Both the position numbers and the translations under genes were made by a program. This document shows positions 26,731-39,459 of a stretch of DNA of 64,000 nucleotides, piece by piece. How positions within the stretch are numbered: position 1 is the stretch's first letter; each line of letters begins with the position of its first letter. The notes beneath the pieces are model-generated. The model was not told the DNA's origin and did no database searches. It worked only from the letters and a program-made list of their open reading frames with translations. The stretch is from Felis catus (taxonomy: Eukaryota): assembly GCF_018350175.1 (NCBI RefSeq), contig NC_058368.1, positions 202,680,001-202,744,000 of the forward strand, in the 5' to 3' direction.

Positions 26731-28639
26731 AGAACTCATGAATTTTGCACTTAACATATTGTCTGAACTTTAAATACAAATTAAGTACTTCCACTATACA
26801 AATGAGGCAAGTCTAAACCACTGTGATGCAAGATATTTTCAACTTTTTTCTGACTATACCAATATTTTACTTAAAGGGTACAAACATATTATTCAGATGA
26901 TAATATAAGATAGATTATTATATTTCATATTTACTGCTTCAGCTTTGCCAAGTAAAATTATCTTAGAATAGTATATTCAATTTAAAAGATTTCTTGCTGT
27001 CCTCCTACTTCACCAAGTTATTATTAAAACTAATGAGCTAAAATTTTGGAAGTTATTTAAGCAACTGGGGAAAAGCCACTATTAAAATACATAGCATTAG
27101 CATATTTAATGAAAAATAATCTTCAACTTCAGTATTGCAGTTTTATTAAGCAATATTCGGAGAGGATTCAAGATGTCTACTAAATGACACAAATAGATTA
27201 TTTCCACTTTTTCCTCATTGAGAACAGATTGCTAGTAATCATGACTGCCTGAATTAAGTTCCACCCTTGAATTTAGTGGAAAAGCAACATATTAGAAACA
27301 GGTGCAGAGCTGCTGAAGGTAGGTGCATGGAGGGGAAAGAGAGAAATGAATTTACAGCAGAGCAAGAACAGGAAAATGATTAAAAACCACATTTCACAAC
27401 TAAAAAGCCAGTCTTGTGGCACAATGCAGTGTAGGACCATGCTCTGTCTGCACAGGTAGCTTTCAACTGGTTTAGATCAGCCTCTGGTTGGAGGACTCCC
27501 ATCCTGCATCTGGGTCCACCAAATTTTGACCAGTTTATAAAATGTATTTTTACTACGCTGTTTGTTCCCTCTGTTTTGGTGGCATATGGCAGGCAGATTG
27601 TACAGCTGAGCTGGTTCTATAGACATGAGAATTTTGGCTTACACATACTTTAAAAGGTGAAGAGGCTCCGAATCACGTCACAGTAATGGCCAGAAAATAG
27701 TGAACGGTTCATGCTTCTTACAAGAGCAGTGAACATTCTCAAACAGCCGCATGGGAATCAAATAGATGATAATTGTGGAATTTTCTTTTCCACTATAGCC
27801 AAACTTACTTTTTCTTAAATTGCATTCACCATTTAATTTCTCCAGATTTTTCATCCAAAATTTTTAGTAGTTAAAAACAAACACAAAAATCCTAAAAAAC
27901 ACTTAAATTTACCTTTAAAAAGGTGGTAAACATTACTCCAAATATCAGGAATTTTACAACTGATTTGAGGAATGATTCTTCTGAAATGCTTTTAAAGGGT
28001 AAAGGGGTAAAAGTGTTAATTGTCTGGAAGTTTTCTTTATTGGAACACCATTCCCTGATTGGATGACTCATTCTTCCTGGCTTCTTGGCAATATTATAGC
28101 CTCCTAGTCATGCAAGCTACAGGAAGTTGTGCGTTGGAGAAATCATAAAATTTTAAAAATTACATTTATAGATCAATTCTCCTTTTTTAAAAAATGATTC
28201 AGATGACTAGATTCTAACTTCAATAAATTAACAAAGTCTTCTTTATGCAATCACGGTAATAATACCTTTAATTAGCAATCTGAAACATCTAGCATAAAGA
28301 ATGCCATATCACCACATTTTGTAGACTTATAAAATATCCCATTTTCCATCTGAGTTTTAGATATTAATAACTGGAGGCTGAATCTATGCAATTTTAAAGA
28401 ATCGTAACAAAGAAAATAATCAGTATTCTGAGAATGAGTATGCATGGGGGCTCACCTATATTAGAACATATCTATAGGAACGTATCTGCATTTTTTAAAT
28501 GGCTCGATTATCATCCAGATAGCTAATGCTATATAGACAACATTAGCATCAATATTTCCTTGGCTTAAAAGATATTAGGTTCCATTTTATGATGTTATTG
28601 ACACTGGAAAGAAGGAAGATTTTTCTGTTTAGATATCCT

Positions 28640-28790
28640 TATTATTATTGTATTCTCAATTAATTCACATTTTAGAGATAAGAAGCCTGTGATCCACAGA
28701 GATTAAGTTATATTCCATATTCCCACATCTAGCTAGCAGAGTGAAAACAATACAAAGCAGCATTCTTATTTTCTAACCCAGTGTGCTTTG
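28640..28790 (-). mobile_element. MIR fragment
   Basis: cacattttagagataagaa...cacagagattaagtta...cacatctagctag. Confidence 0.6.
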
Positions 28791-29959
28791 GAGAGATGCA
28801 TAGGGAGCTAAGGAGGATAAAATTATCAGAAGTATTTTACAGGTCAGCCTTTGCATTTTCCTTCCAACCTCCAAAAACAGACCATAGCATCCAAAGACCC
28901 TGTTCTCAGATAAAATTACTATGCTAAGATTGTTGCATTTGTATAAACAAATTTTGGGGGGGAAAAACAGTGATGTTCAAGTCAGAGCATATTAATTGCC
29001 TTTTTCCTTAATCGAGACTGTGTACTTGGTAAGCAAGAGTATTAGTGGGCATTGTATACAGATATAAATAACTTTTCACTAAAAAGTTATTTTGCCAGTG
29101 CTGTTTAGATGCTTTCAGCTTTATAAACAGTGCATTTACACTTTAGAAAATCAATTTCCATGATTTTTATTGACAGTGAAATAGTAACCCACAGATTTCA
29201 TATTGTCGTACAGTTTTTCTTTGATATAGTTAATGTAATATACACACCATTCAGATGTTGGAGGGTTGTTAATATCCCATTACATTCATCAATCAGGTTT
29301 TGTACACAAACCTTTTCATTTATTTGAAAGCAAATGTACATGCCACAGCAACACGTTTATAGAACCCCTAGTAGTGCAAGGAGATCTAAAGGGAAACATG
29401 AGGGCAGAATGTGTTAAGCATTCATCATTAGCATCTGCTAACAAACTTGCAGAGCAATTGCTTTTTTTATTTAATAGTTGGAGAACCTGTCATATAGATG
29501 GCTTGGAAAATTTATCTCACGAGCAAGACACAGAGCATTTCATTCTTTCAGGATTAGGTACGTCTGTCAGTGCCATGGGTTTGCTAGCAACTTTGTACAT
29601 GTTTCTCAGCAGTTGTAGAAGTTCAGTTCTTTTTCTGGAGTAGATGTATGTGAAAATACTACTTGAGTTAGCATTTTATTCCTTTGTATTTTAATATTAA
29701 ATCATTGCTGGAAAATATTAAGTATTTTTGACATTAGCCGGAAATAACTCATTATTTTTAAACGAGTGAAAGTTAACTTATTAAAAAAAAGCTAACTGAT
29801 TAAAAAAGTTTTATTTCCTTATGAAATTTGAAAACTAGTTGTGGAAATTGAAATTATGTACGCATGTTTTAATACATTATTTATTTTTTAAGAAAATTAG
29901 TACAAAAGTGTTGCAGTAATTTAAAAGAAGAAGTGGTGGCATTAAACATACAAAAGGTA

Positions 29960-30123
29960 GGAGCACCGGGGTGACTCAGTCAGTTAAGCATCTGACTTCG
30001 GCTCAGGTGATGATCTCATGGTTTGTGAGTTCGAGCCCCATGTCGGGCTCTATGCTCACAGCTTGGAGCCTGGAGCCTGCTTCAGATTCTCTCTCTCTCT
30101 CAAAAAATCAACATTAATTTTTT
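29960..30123 (+). mobile_element. CAN-SINE, short form
   Basis: TSD ttaaacatacaaaaggta (29942-29959) / ttaaatatacaaaaggta (30124-30141). Confidence 0.94.
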
Positions 30124-31196
30124 TTAAATATACAAAAGGTATAATAGCATAGTAATCTGTAACAAATAAGCAGGGTATTCGAGTGATAATGTTTGTTCTG
30201 ATATTTGCACAATGATGGGGGGAGCACTATAGGGTCTACTATTTTCTGTAGAAACTTGCCTAACATTCTTATATCAATGCAAGTTCTGAGCATTCCTCTG
30301 AGATTTTTCAGAAAACTATGAAGCTATCATCAAAAATACCTGGTTTCGTGTGGAATGTACCTTATTAATAGGCTTATGTTCTTCATTTCTGCACCTGCTA
30401 ACCTTATTATTAATATTCTTATATAAATTAATGTTAAGAAATCGTGTAAGGAACCTAGCTTTGTTCCCTTGAAAAGAGCTTTGCAATATCATAACAAGTC
30501 TCCTCTAATGGAAAACACAGTATGATTCAGAGTAGCTGAAGATAGCTGCTAATAATTACTATGCTCACAGCACACTTATCTTGACTGTGCCATTTTCTCT
30601 AGAAAAGGAAATAACATTTAATATTTTCTAGTTTTACAAAGAGTAAGGGAATTAACCTCACGATGAACAAGCAACAGGATGTCTTAATTGCTTATTGCAA
30701 AGGTTTCCTGTGCTATTAAAGTAACAAAAAGATTTTCTTAAGATCCTCTGACACTAAAATATAATATTACTGTATCTATGGTATATAAAAGGAGATTCAG
30801 GTCTAGCAAGGGCACACAGTGTACAAGAAATTCATAAGTGTCTTATCAGGCATCAGGGTCATGATATTTTAGGCTCTTTAGTTTATCTTACTTCTGTGGT
30901 AAAATATATATAACACAAAATTTATAATTATAACTATATTTTTCTGTACTCATGTTATAAACATGTTTAATAACCCAGAACTCAGCAATTTAGAATATTA
31001 CTGTCCCCACAGTGTCATCCCCAATATAACTTCTGTTCTTCCAGAGTGTCTTCATAGTATGCACTAGGTATCCATAATATATATAGAAAATAATGAACTG
31101 GCACACTTCAACTTACTCTTTTGAGTTCTTGCTTTTTCTCTTAATGATATATCTTAAATACATTTTCATATTTGTCATTATTTAAAATTTGACTAG

Positions 31197-31422
31197 GGGT
31201 GCCTGGGTGGCTCAGCAGATGAGTGTCCAACTCTGGATTTCGGCCTAGGTCATGATCTCATGGTTCATGAGATTGAGCTCCACATAGCTCCACATGGGGC
31301 TCTGTGCTGACAGCACGGAAGCCTACTTGGGATTCTCTTTCTCCCTCTCTCTCTGCCCCTCCCCTGCTCACGTGCTGTCTCTCTCTCTCTCTCTCTCTCT
31401 CTCAAAATAAATAAACTTAAAA
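31197..31422 (+). mobile_element. CAN-SINE
   Basis: ggggtgcctgggtggctcag head, (CT)n and A tail. Internal 10-bp duplication agctccacat at 31276-31295. Confidence 0.93.
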
Positions 31423-31429
31423 TATTTTT

Positions 31430-32340
31430 GATTTTTTTTATTGTCGTAAGAACACTTAACATGAGATCTACCCTCAACAATTTTTAGTTATAACAATATA
31501 TTATTGTTGACTATGGATGCAATGTTGTACCACAGACCTCCAGAGCTTATTCATCTTGCTTAACTGAAACTTTTTCTGTTGATGAGTAACTCCCCTTTTC
31601 CTCCTCCCTCCAGCCCCTGCAACCACCATTCCCTTCTTTGGTCCTATGAATTTGACTATTATAGAGACCTCATGTAACTGCAATCACACAGCATCTGTCA
31701 CTCTGTGAATGGTCATTTAACTTAGTATAGTGTCCTACAGGTTCATCCATGTCCTTGCATATTGCAGAATTACCTTCTTTTTAAGACCGAATAGCATTCC
31801 ATTGTATGCATAGACCACCTTTTTTTTTTTTTAATCCTGTTGATGGACATATACACTGTTATCACATCTTGGCTACTGTGAATACTGGTGCTACAGTTTC
31901 ATTGAGATCTTGATTCTAATTCTTTTGGCTAAATACCCAGAAGTAGGATTGCTGGATCATATGGTATTTATATTTTTAATTTTTTGAGAAATTTCCCTAC
32001 TGTTTATCATTAGCAGTTGCACCATTTTGCATTTCCACTAACAAGGTGCCAGTGTTCTAATTTATCCACTTCCTCACTTGTGTTTTGTTTTGGTGTTTGG
32101 TTTTTGAGAATAGTCATACTGGCAAATGTGAGGTGATATCTCCTCGCTGTTTTGGTTTTCATTTCCCTGATCATTAATGACATGGAACACTTTCTCTTTT
32201 ACCTGTTGGCTGTTTGTATTTCTTCTTTGGAGAAATACCTATTCAAGTCCTTAGCCTTTTTTTAAAATGTGTTATTAGTTTTTGCATGTATGTGGTTTTG
32301 GTATTTTGTTTTTACTAATGAGTTGTAAGAGTTCCTTGTG
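31430..32340 (-). mobile_element. L1MA-type 3' end
   Basis: gtaagaacacttaacatgagatctaccctc 3' UTR in reverse, then atacccagaagtaggattgctggatcatatgg ORF2 end. Confidence 0.88.
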
Positions 32341-32539
32341 AACCTATCTCACTCTTTTTATTTATTTTTATTGTAGTATGCAACTATCACCATTATCCAT
32401 TTCCAAAACTTTTTATCATCCCAAACAGAATCTCACTACCCCTAAAAAATCACTTCCATTCTTTCTATTTGTTTTTAGTATTAAGTTTGAGATGCAGTTT
32501 TAAGTGTGCCATCAAGCAGTAGTTGAAAAAATGAACAGA

Positions 32540-32751
32540 GGGGCCCTGGGTGGCTCAGTCGGCTGAGTGTCCGGCTTCGGCTCAGGTCATGATCTCACGG
32601 TTTGTGAGTTCAAGCCCCACATCGGGCTCTGTGCTGACAGCTCGGAGCCTGGAGCCTGTTTCAGATTCTGTGTGTCTCTCTCTCTGCTCCTCCCCTGCTC
32701 ATGCTCTGTCTCTGTCTCTCAAAATAAATAAATAAACATTAAAAAAAATTT
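32540..32751 (+). mobile_element. CAN-SINE
   Basis: TSD aaaaatgaacaga (32527-32539) / aaaaattaacaga (32752-32764). Confidence 0.95.
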
Positions 32752-34086
32752 AAAAATTAACAGATACTTCAATAAAGAAATAAAGCCTAAAGTTGTGTTC
32801 TATACTGCCTCGAGTCCCCGTCTCTAGTCTCTAAGCCCTTTTTTATGCTCTCCATGGGAATATTTATTAGTCTAAGCTTTCCTCATAGATACATATAGAT
32901 TTATAATCATCATGATTTTTTACTTATACTCTTCCTTTAACAAGGCAAAGAAAAATGTAGGAACTTTCATAAGACATCCATGGCAATCAAGATATACCTC
33001 ATTGCTTTCAATTTATAATAAAATAAGAGTTTATTTATTTTTGTTATGGTATCACTTCTGATCTTACCCAAGTTACTCCCTTTTATTTCCAAGCCACAAT
33101 GTGAGGCTATTTGATTAACTCATCATTGACTGTTGTCTCATAGGTTGTTTGATGTTAATTGTAAGTGTAAAACAAAATCTTATTATATCTATTTTGAACA
33201 GTTACTTGTTATCACTTATGGTAAAGAATGAGCTCATTTGAGATACAGGGGCCATAGTTAAGGTTAACTTCAGTTCAGATAATCAAAATTATCCATAAAA
33301 TATTAGTGTTTCAAACTTAACCTTCTTTTCTCTCAGCCATTTCATCATGCTTTCACAATATGTTTGATTACAGTGAAAAGTTTCTTTAAGGCCAGAAAGG
33401 GTGATTTTATATTCTTTTAAATTCATGGATCACCAAATAAATGTGGCTTTTGGCACACAGCTAGCACCTAGCATATTTCTTAAGTGAAATGAATAAAAAT
33501 TAAATGATATCTACATAATTTGTCTTTGGCCACCAAGATTATGAATTTAGAGTCTCTTTTATATCTTAACTTTATTCAAAATTCATTTATCCCTTTCCAA
33601 ACAAGACTCTTAAAAGCTGAAACCAAAAAAAAAAAAGCTGAAACCAGTTATTGCCTATTATTATTCCTGTTGAAATAATTTTTTTATTATTTTATATGTA
33701 TAATTATTTTTTACCTACATTTTAACAAAAATTACATGAAGAAAAGAGATAGACATTTTACTGTTATGCTGAAGATTTTATTCTTGTAAAAGTAACTTTA
33801 AAGTATTGACCTAGAATATGTTAGGTAGTATTTTCTAAATTGGCTCAATAAATTTATCTTGTATTTGGATACAAATTCAGATAATAAAATAAAATATTTT
33901 AAGGTGGTTTCAAACATAAAATCTGAAACAATTATATTTTATTTTCAGAAAAAAGTATATTTCTAAGTAACTATGTTAAATGAATATTTTCATAAGTAAT
34001 GTTGCAGATTATGATGAACACATCATAGAAAAGTGCACAAGAGAAAAAACAAATGCCAGTGACCTATCATTGTAAAATTAATCACT

Positions 34087-34130
34087 GGATGGACGGATGG
34101 ATGGAAAGATGGATGGATGGGTGGATAAAT
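34087..34130. repeat. Imperfect (GGAT)n
   Basis: Seen directly. Confidence 0.85.
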
Positions 34131-34368
34131 GAACACCAATTACTTAGCCCATTCAAAAAGAGGGATTCTTAAGCCCCCAGTGAGGGCTGCAGAACACGTT
34201 CTGATGTTGCCTGGCTCCAGCCTTGTCTTCAAGCTCGAGAGGAAACACATGCTGTTGCTCCAAAAGGGAACAATTCTCCATTTCTAGGAACATTTCTCAA
34301 TGTCTCTTTATGTCAGGTTATTGAGGAAATTGGTTTTTTAGCTTGTTAACTGTTATAGTTAACAGGAT

Positions 34369-34702
34369 TGTCTTAGTCTGTTTGGGCTGCTATGACAAAG
34401 TGCCATAACCAGGTGCCTTATAAACAACAGAAATTTATTTCTGACAGGTTCTGGAAGCTGGGAAGTTCAAGATCAAGGCACAGGCTGATTTAGAATCTTG
34501 TTAGAGTCAGCTTTCTGGTGCCTTCTTAACTTAGTAGTCAATGTCATATGGAGAAAGGGGCAAGGGAGCTTTTTTTATAATGGCATTAATTGTATTCACT
34601 CATCCCCCAAAGGACTCACCTCCTAATACCATCACCTGGGGGATTAGGTTTCAACATATGGCTGGGGGGGGGGGGGGGGACACAAACATTCATACTATAG
34701 CA
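34369..34702 (-). mobile_element. MaLR solo LTR (MLT1A-like)
   Basis: TG...CA ends. tgtcttagtctgtttgggctgctat...gctgggaagttcaagatcaagg...cctcctaataccatcac...gggacacaaacattca. Contains G16 at 34664-34679. Confidence 0.88.
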
Positions 34703-34784
34703 AGAGTTATAAAAATTGGCCCAAGAATTAACTTTTTCAGAGTCCCAAAGAATACTAAAACATACTGAATGATATGGTGGCCAT

Positions 34785-34960
34785 GGGAATAATAAAAAGG
34801 CACCACATTAAGAATTCAGAGACCTGGTTTTATTCCTGACATTTACGAACTAGATGTGAAACTTGTGTAAATGATTCTGCCATTCTGTGTCTCTTTTCCT
34901 CATCTGTGAAATGAGAGGATTGGAAACAATTACCCCTCTGGTGCCCTGCAGCTCTGAATG
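34785..34960 (+). mobile_element. MIR fragment
   Basis: cagagacctggtttta...tttcctcatctgtgaaatgagaggattgg. Confidence 0.7.
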
Positions 34961-36189
34961 TGTCCTTCTACACTAAATATATGTTAATCTCCCTTGGTCA
35001 ATCCTAAAGTCACTTTAAATGTCTTTGGGGTCATCCTTATAAACATAATTTATAATGTTAATGCTGGTTGGGAATATAGGGTAAGGAAATCTTCTTTCTT
35101 AAAATTAGTTGACTTTTATTCTTTATAAATGACTTCCAGGGTTTATGCTAACAATTATTTTTCATATTAAATAACATTTCTCTATACAGCCCATTTGGAG
35201 AATTTTATTCCACTAGGTTTGGGTTTATAGCTACAACCTAGTTTGTTAGGGCATTACACATTTATAGCATTTATAGTAACACCCAATCACACAGCTACCT
35301 GACTTGCAACAATCTCAAGTAGGTCAGTGACAAAGCCAGAAATAATTAAGCTAAAGCACCCCTGAGTCTTAGAGAAATAAGTGTCAATGTGTAGTTATAA
35401 GGAGTGTTTGCATTTCTTGCCTTCTCAAATACTTAACATCTTTTTAAGTTTTTACTAAAGTCATTACTAAAAGCCATTAATTCTGTTTTTACTAAAAGCC
35501 ATTAATTCTGTTCTAGGTTAGTTTGAGCAGGCAGTCTAACAACTAAGGCTATAAAGATTAGGTTGCAGGCAGTTGTGTGCCTAACAGACCTCTAAGTATT
35601 TGGAAAGTTACAGCTAAAAAAAAAAATAGATCAGACCACAAAGAAAGAAGCTAGAGAACACCAACAACAGTAGGCAAAGGCAATTTAGTGGAAAGTCAAC
35701 AGTACTATATAATGTAGGAGCCTCTATAATGAGAAGTGCAGTTAAGCAGAAGCCGTAGGAAAAAGCAATCCAGAAATATGGAAAAATCCAGATAGCAATT
35801 TCAGCACTATGTGTAGTATAGAAAATGTTATTCCTAATGATTACCATGAACCATCAAGAACAAGTTAAATTATATTCAGTATGCTCTATTTACTCTAGCC
35901 GTCAAGTAAAGGGTCTGAGAATAACTTAGAATAACAGAATTCTAAAACTGTTTGAGTTATGGAGTGCAGAGATCTCCAAATTTGAGATCTCTGAAGAAAC
36001 AAAGAAATATCTTCACGTTTCATTTTCTTTAAACCTTTAATGTTTACATAAATATGTTAATTTGTACCTTTGTGTTTGAACTTCCTTGGCCATCTTTCAC
36101 CGGTGTCTTTGTGCCAGTGTAGGAAATTGTTACTAATTAGACATAATTTAGGAAACTAATATTCATTTAGCACTACTCTATGCCATATT

Positions 36190-36375
36190 ACAGTTAGTCC
36201 TTAAATTTCATTTCTGTAATTTCTGTTATACTATTTTATTAGATAGAGAAACAAGAGATCAGGAGAGTCAAGTTTCTAGTTCAAGGCTGTGTAACCCAAA
36301 AGCAACAGAGCTAAAAGTGGAATTCAGATCTGTCTGCCTCCAAAGGGGAAATTCTTTCCAACTATGCTGTCTTCC
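36190..36375 (-). mobile_element. MIR fragment
   Basis: gaaacaagagatcaggagagtcaag...cagagct...ggaattcagatctgtctgcctccaaag. Confidence 0.6.
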
Positions 36376-38501
36376 CTCCTAAAAAAAATCTTAACAGAAG
36401 ACATTAATATTGGCATTATCCTCAGTGTATAGACACTCAGACTTTCTTACATTCTATAAGACAAGAAGTCATTTTTTAAATAATAAAAACATTTTTATTA
36501 TTAATAATTGTCAATGCACAACATTTCAGATATCATGGGCTGAAGAATAGAAGTTATGTTCAAAACAAATGAGAAAGTATATAATTGCCTCAAAATCTTA
36601 GAGTCTTTAAGTGATCTTTTATGTCTCTCAATGTATTATTAGCTTCCACCATTTTCCTTGATCTGTAGTTATCCATTTTGCTTGAGCACTTTCCTTGACA
36701 GGGGGTTACAACTTCACAAGGCATACATTTATTTTGAAAGGTTTTAATTTTGTGAACTTCAAGCATCTCTCTATATCTCCTAGCTACTGTCTTGAATTCC
36801 ATCTGGGATAGCAGAGCATGCTAAGTAAAATCCTCTCTTTTGATTATTTTCTTTTCCAGGATAGCATTCTTGATCTTTCCAGTAAGTCTTCATATAACAT
36901 TTTTTTCATATTGCAAACTCCTGGTTGTTTTCTTCTTATTTTATACCAGTAGTTCTCAACCTAGGCTGAACATCTGAATCACTTGGAAAAATCATCATCT
37001 TTAAAAAATAATGTCAGGAAATTGCAACAGGTTTTCCCAGGCTTCATTAATGATATGCGACACATAATCCACAGAAAATAGAAGCATATGTTCTGTATAT
37101 GAAGAACATGGCTCATAGTCCTAGCTCCACAGTGAAATTACTTCTCTCTCCCGTGGCTCTCAGTATCTTCACGTGTGCTCTTCCTGACTCATGTGGTAGT
37201 TGGGAAACAGAAATGCTCTTGGTAAACTGTAAATCATGATAGAAATGTTATCATTACTATTTAGTCTCCCACTAATCTTTAAAGCATGTAGTTTGCTTTC
37301 TTATAATTTTATTGTCCAGAAGTCTGCTTATTCAATACATGCCCTAACGTCTGCAGCCTTTTCTTACTTTTCCAGCCTTGAGATATTTTTCTCTTCTTCA
37401 TTATTTCATTAAGTGAATATAAGACAACCACAGAACTCCTCAACTAATATGAACATTTGTAGAGTGTCAGTAAAAAGAATAAAAAGGAGAATCCAAATTA
37501 TTAAGTGTCCCATTTGGCTCAGTTACCACTCTATTGTCCTTATTTCTTTTATACTGTAAGCAAACAAAGCAATATTTACCCTTAGTATTTTTATGTATTT
37601 TGTATTTAGCTAAGAACACTGTTCTTCAATCAAAAACATACCTTTCTAGTCTAGTCTCAGTGGCCTAATAAAAGTAAAGAAAATACTCTGGAAAAAACAG
37701 AGGCATATGAATAGTAAATATCAGTTTGCTTTAGAAAGAAACACTTTTTAATGATAAAACTTCAAATATGAAGAAAAATCTATGTAGCTTCTACTATGTA
37801 AACATTTGATTTGTATTTTTATTTATAATTTCTTAGTTTTCTCATTATTTTTCAAAAACTTGATGGTAAAGTGTGGAAGAAAGGTGAAACAATTTATATG
37901 TCAACAGTGTTTCTAATCTGAACTATGGTATTATGTGGGAGATGTGCTCAATGTTTTATGAAGCACCAAAAATATTTGCATTAGTATAGAAAAAAAATAA
38001 AGTGCTAGAGTATTATTTTTAAGGTAGGAAAATTGGGAACCTGAAAGTTTTTCAGTTAACACCTTTATTTTATAGCAATTTGCTGATCCCAAGTTCATTT
38101 TCATTTTCAGGGGTTTTATTCCTATGTGGTTTCTTTCTTTGATAATATTAGGGAAATGTATTTGTTACTAATCAAATGTGTGAATATTTTGTTGTTTCAT
38201 ATAAAGTTATGTCTATCTGAAGAACAAAAACATTCTTCTGTTTTTCACACTGTAGTATTTTAATATACTCCATTAGCAGTGAAATAAAGCCACACTACTG
38301 TATTTCTAAAGGAAATATAAATCTCATACCTTTTTCACTTTCCCAAGTAAAAATTAGCTGTGAGTCTGTTTGAATTTCACCCAGTGGAAGTAAAATTTGT
38401 GTCAGACATTGGGTTCTCTAGCATGGTATATTTTGTTGTTGTTGTTAGAAACTTTCAAATTTGATTAAACAAAATTTAGAGCTAAAATTATCCATTTCTA
38501 A

Positions 38502-39090
38502 GCAGTGTGGAGGTTCCTCAGAAAATTAAAAATAGACCTACCCTATGACCCAGCAATAGCACTGCTAGGAATTTATCCAAGGGATACAGGAGTACTGATG
38601 CATAGGGCCACTTGTACCCCAATGTTCATAGCAGCACTCTCAACAATAGCCAAATTATGGAAAGAGCCTAAATGTCCATCAACTGATGAATGGATAAAGA
38701 AATTGTGGTTTATATACACAATGGAATATTACATGGCAATGAGAAAAAATGAAATAGGGCCTTTTGTAGCAACGTGGATGGAACTGGAGAGTGTGATGCT
38801 AAGTGAAATAAGCCATACAGAGAAAGACAGATACCATATGGTTTCACTCTTATGTGGATCCTGAGAAACTTAACAGAAACCCATGGGGGAGGGGAAGGAA
38901 AAAAAAAAAAAAGAGGTTAGAGTGGGAGAGAGCCAAAGCATAAGAGACTGTTAAAAACTGAGAACAAACTGAGGGTTGATGGGGGGTGGGAGGGAGAGGA
39001 GGGTGGGTGATGGGTATTGAGGAGGGCACCTTTTGGGATGAGCACTGGGTCTTGTATGGAAACCAATTTGTCAATAAATTTCATATAAAA
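38502..39090 (+). mobile_element. Young 5'-truncated feline L1, sense to HCN1
   Basis: Uninterrupted 119-codon ORF2 C-terminus (..LPYDPAIALLGIYP..DEWIKKLW..LLCGS*), 3' UTR, AATAAA at 39073-39078, and perfect 18-bp TSD aaaattatccatttctaa (38484-38501 / 39091-39108). Confidence 0.97.
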
Positions 39091-39459
39091 AAAATTATCC
39101 ATTTCTAAAGTCTATCCTACATCAGCTTTAACTTAGCTTGAATATAATTAAATTTTGTTATGCTCATTCTCCAGAATGATCAATTAAGCAAATTGTGATT
39201 TTCATACTTCTTTACCAGAACAATTAAAATGCAGAGAAATTTAAAAATATACCTTGGGATGTTTTGGGAGGTATAAACTGAAGTCACATGTCTCAACATG
39301 AAAATTTATTTTAAAAACTCAAATTTTACAGTATATTCTACATCTTAATATTATAAAGCTTTTAATTTCTTACCACTGAGGAAAATGAGCAATGCAGGAA
39401 GATCTATTTAATTCTGCCTCCTCTGATACTCTTGTGTTCTCTCCTGTATTTCCAGATTT

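Noticed and set aside
29266..29643. 125-aa ORF in unique sequence
   Set aside because: Non-ATG start, no recognisable domain and no supporting exon structure.
34344..34364. Hairpin TGTTAACT-GTTAT-AGTTAACA
   Set aside because: An 8-bp AT-rich stem is expected by chance in 64 kb.
35799..35820. Second RE1-like start TTCAGCACTATG
   Set aside because: Too many mismatches in the conserved right half.
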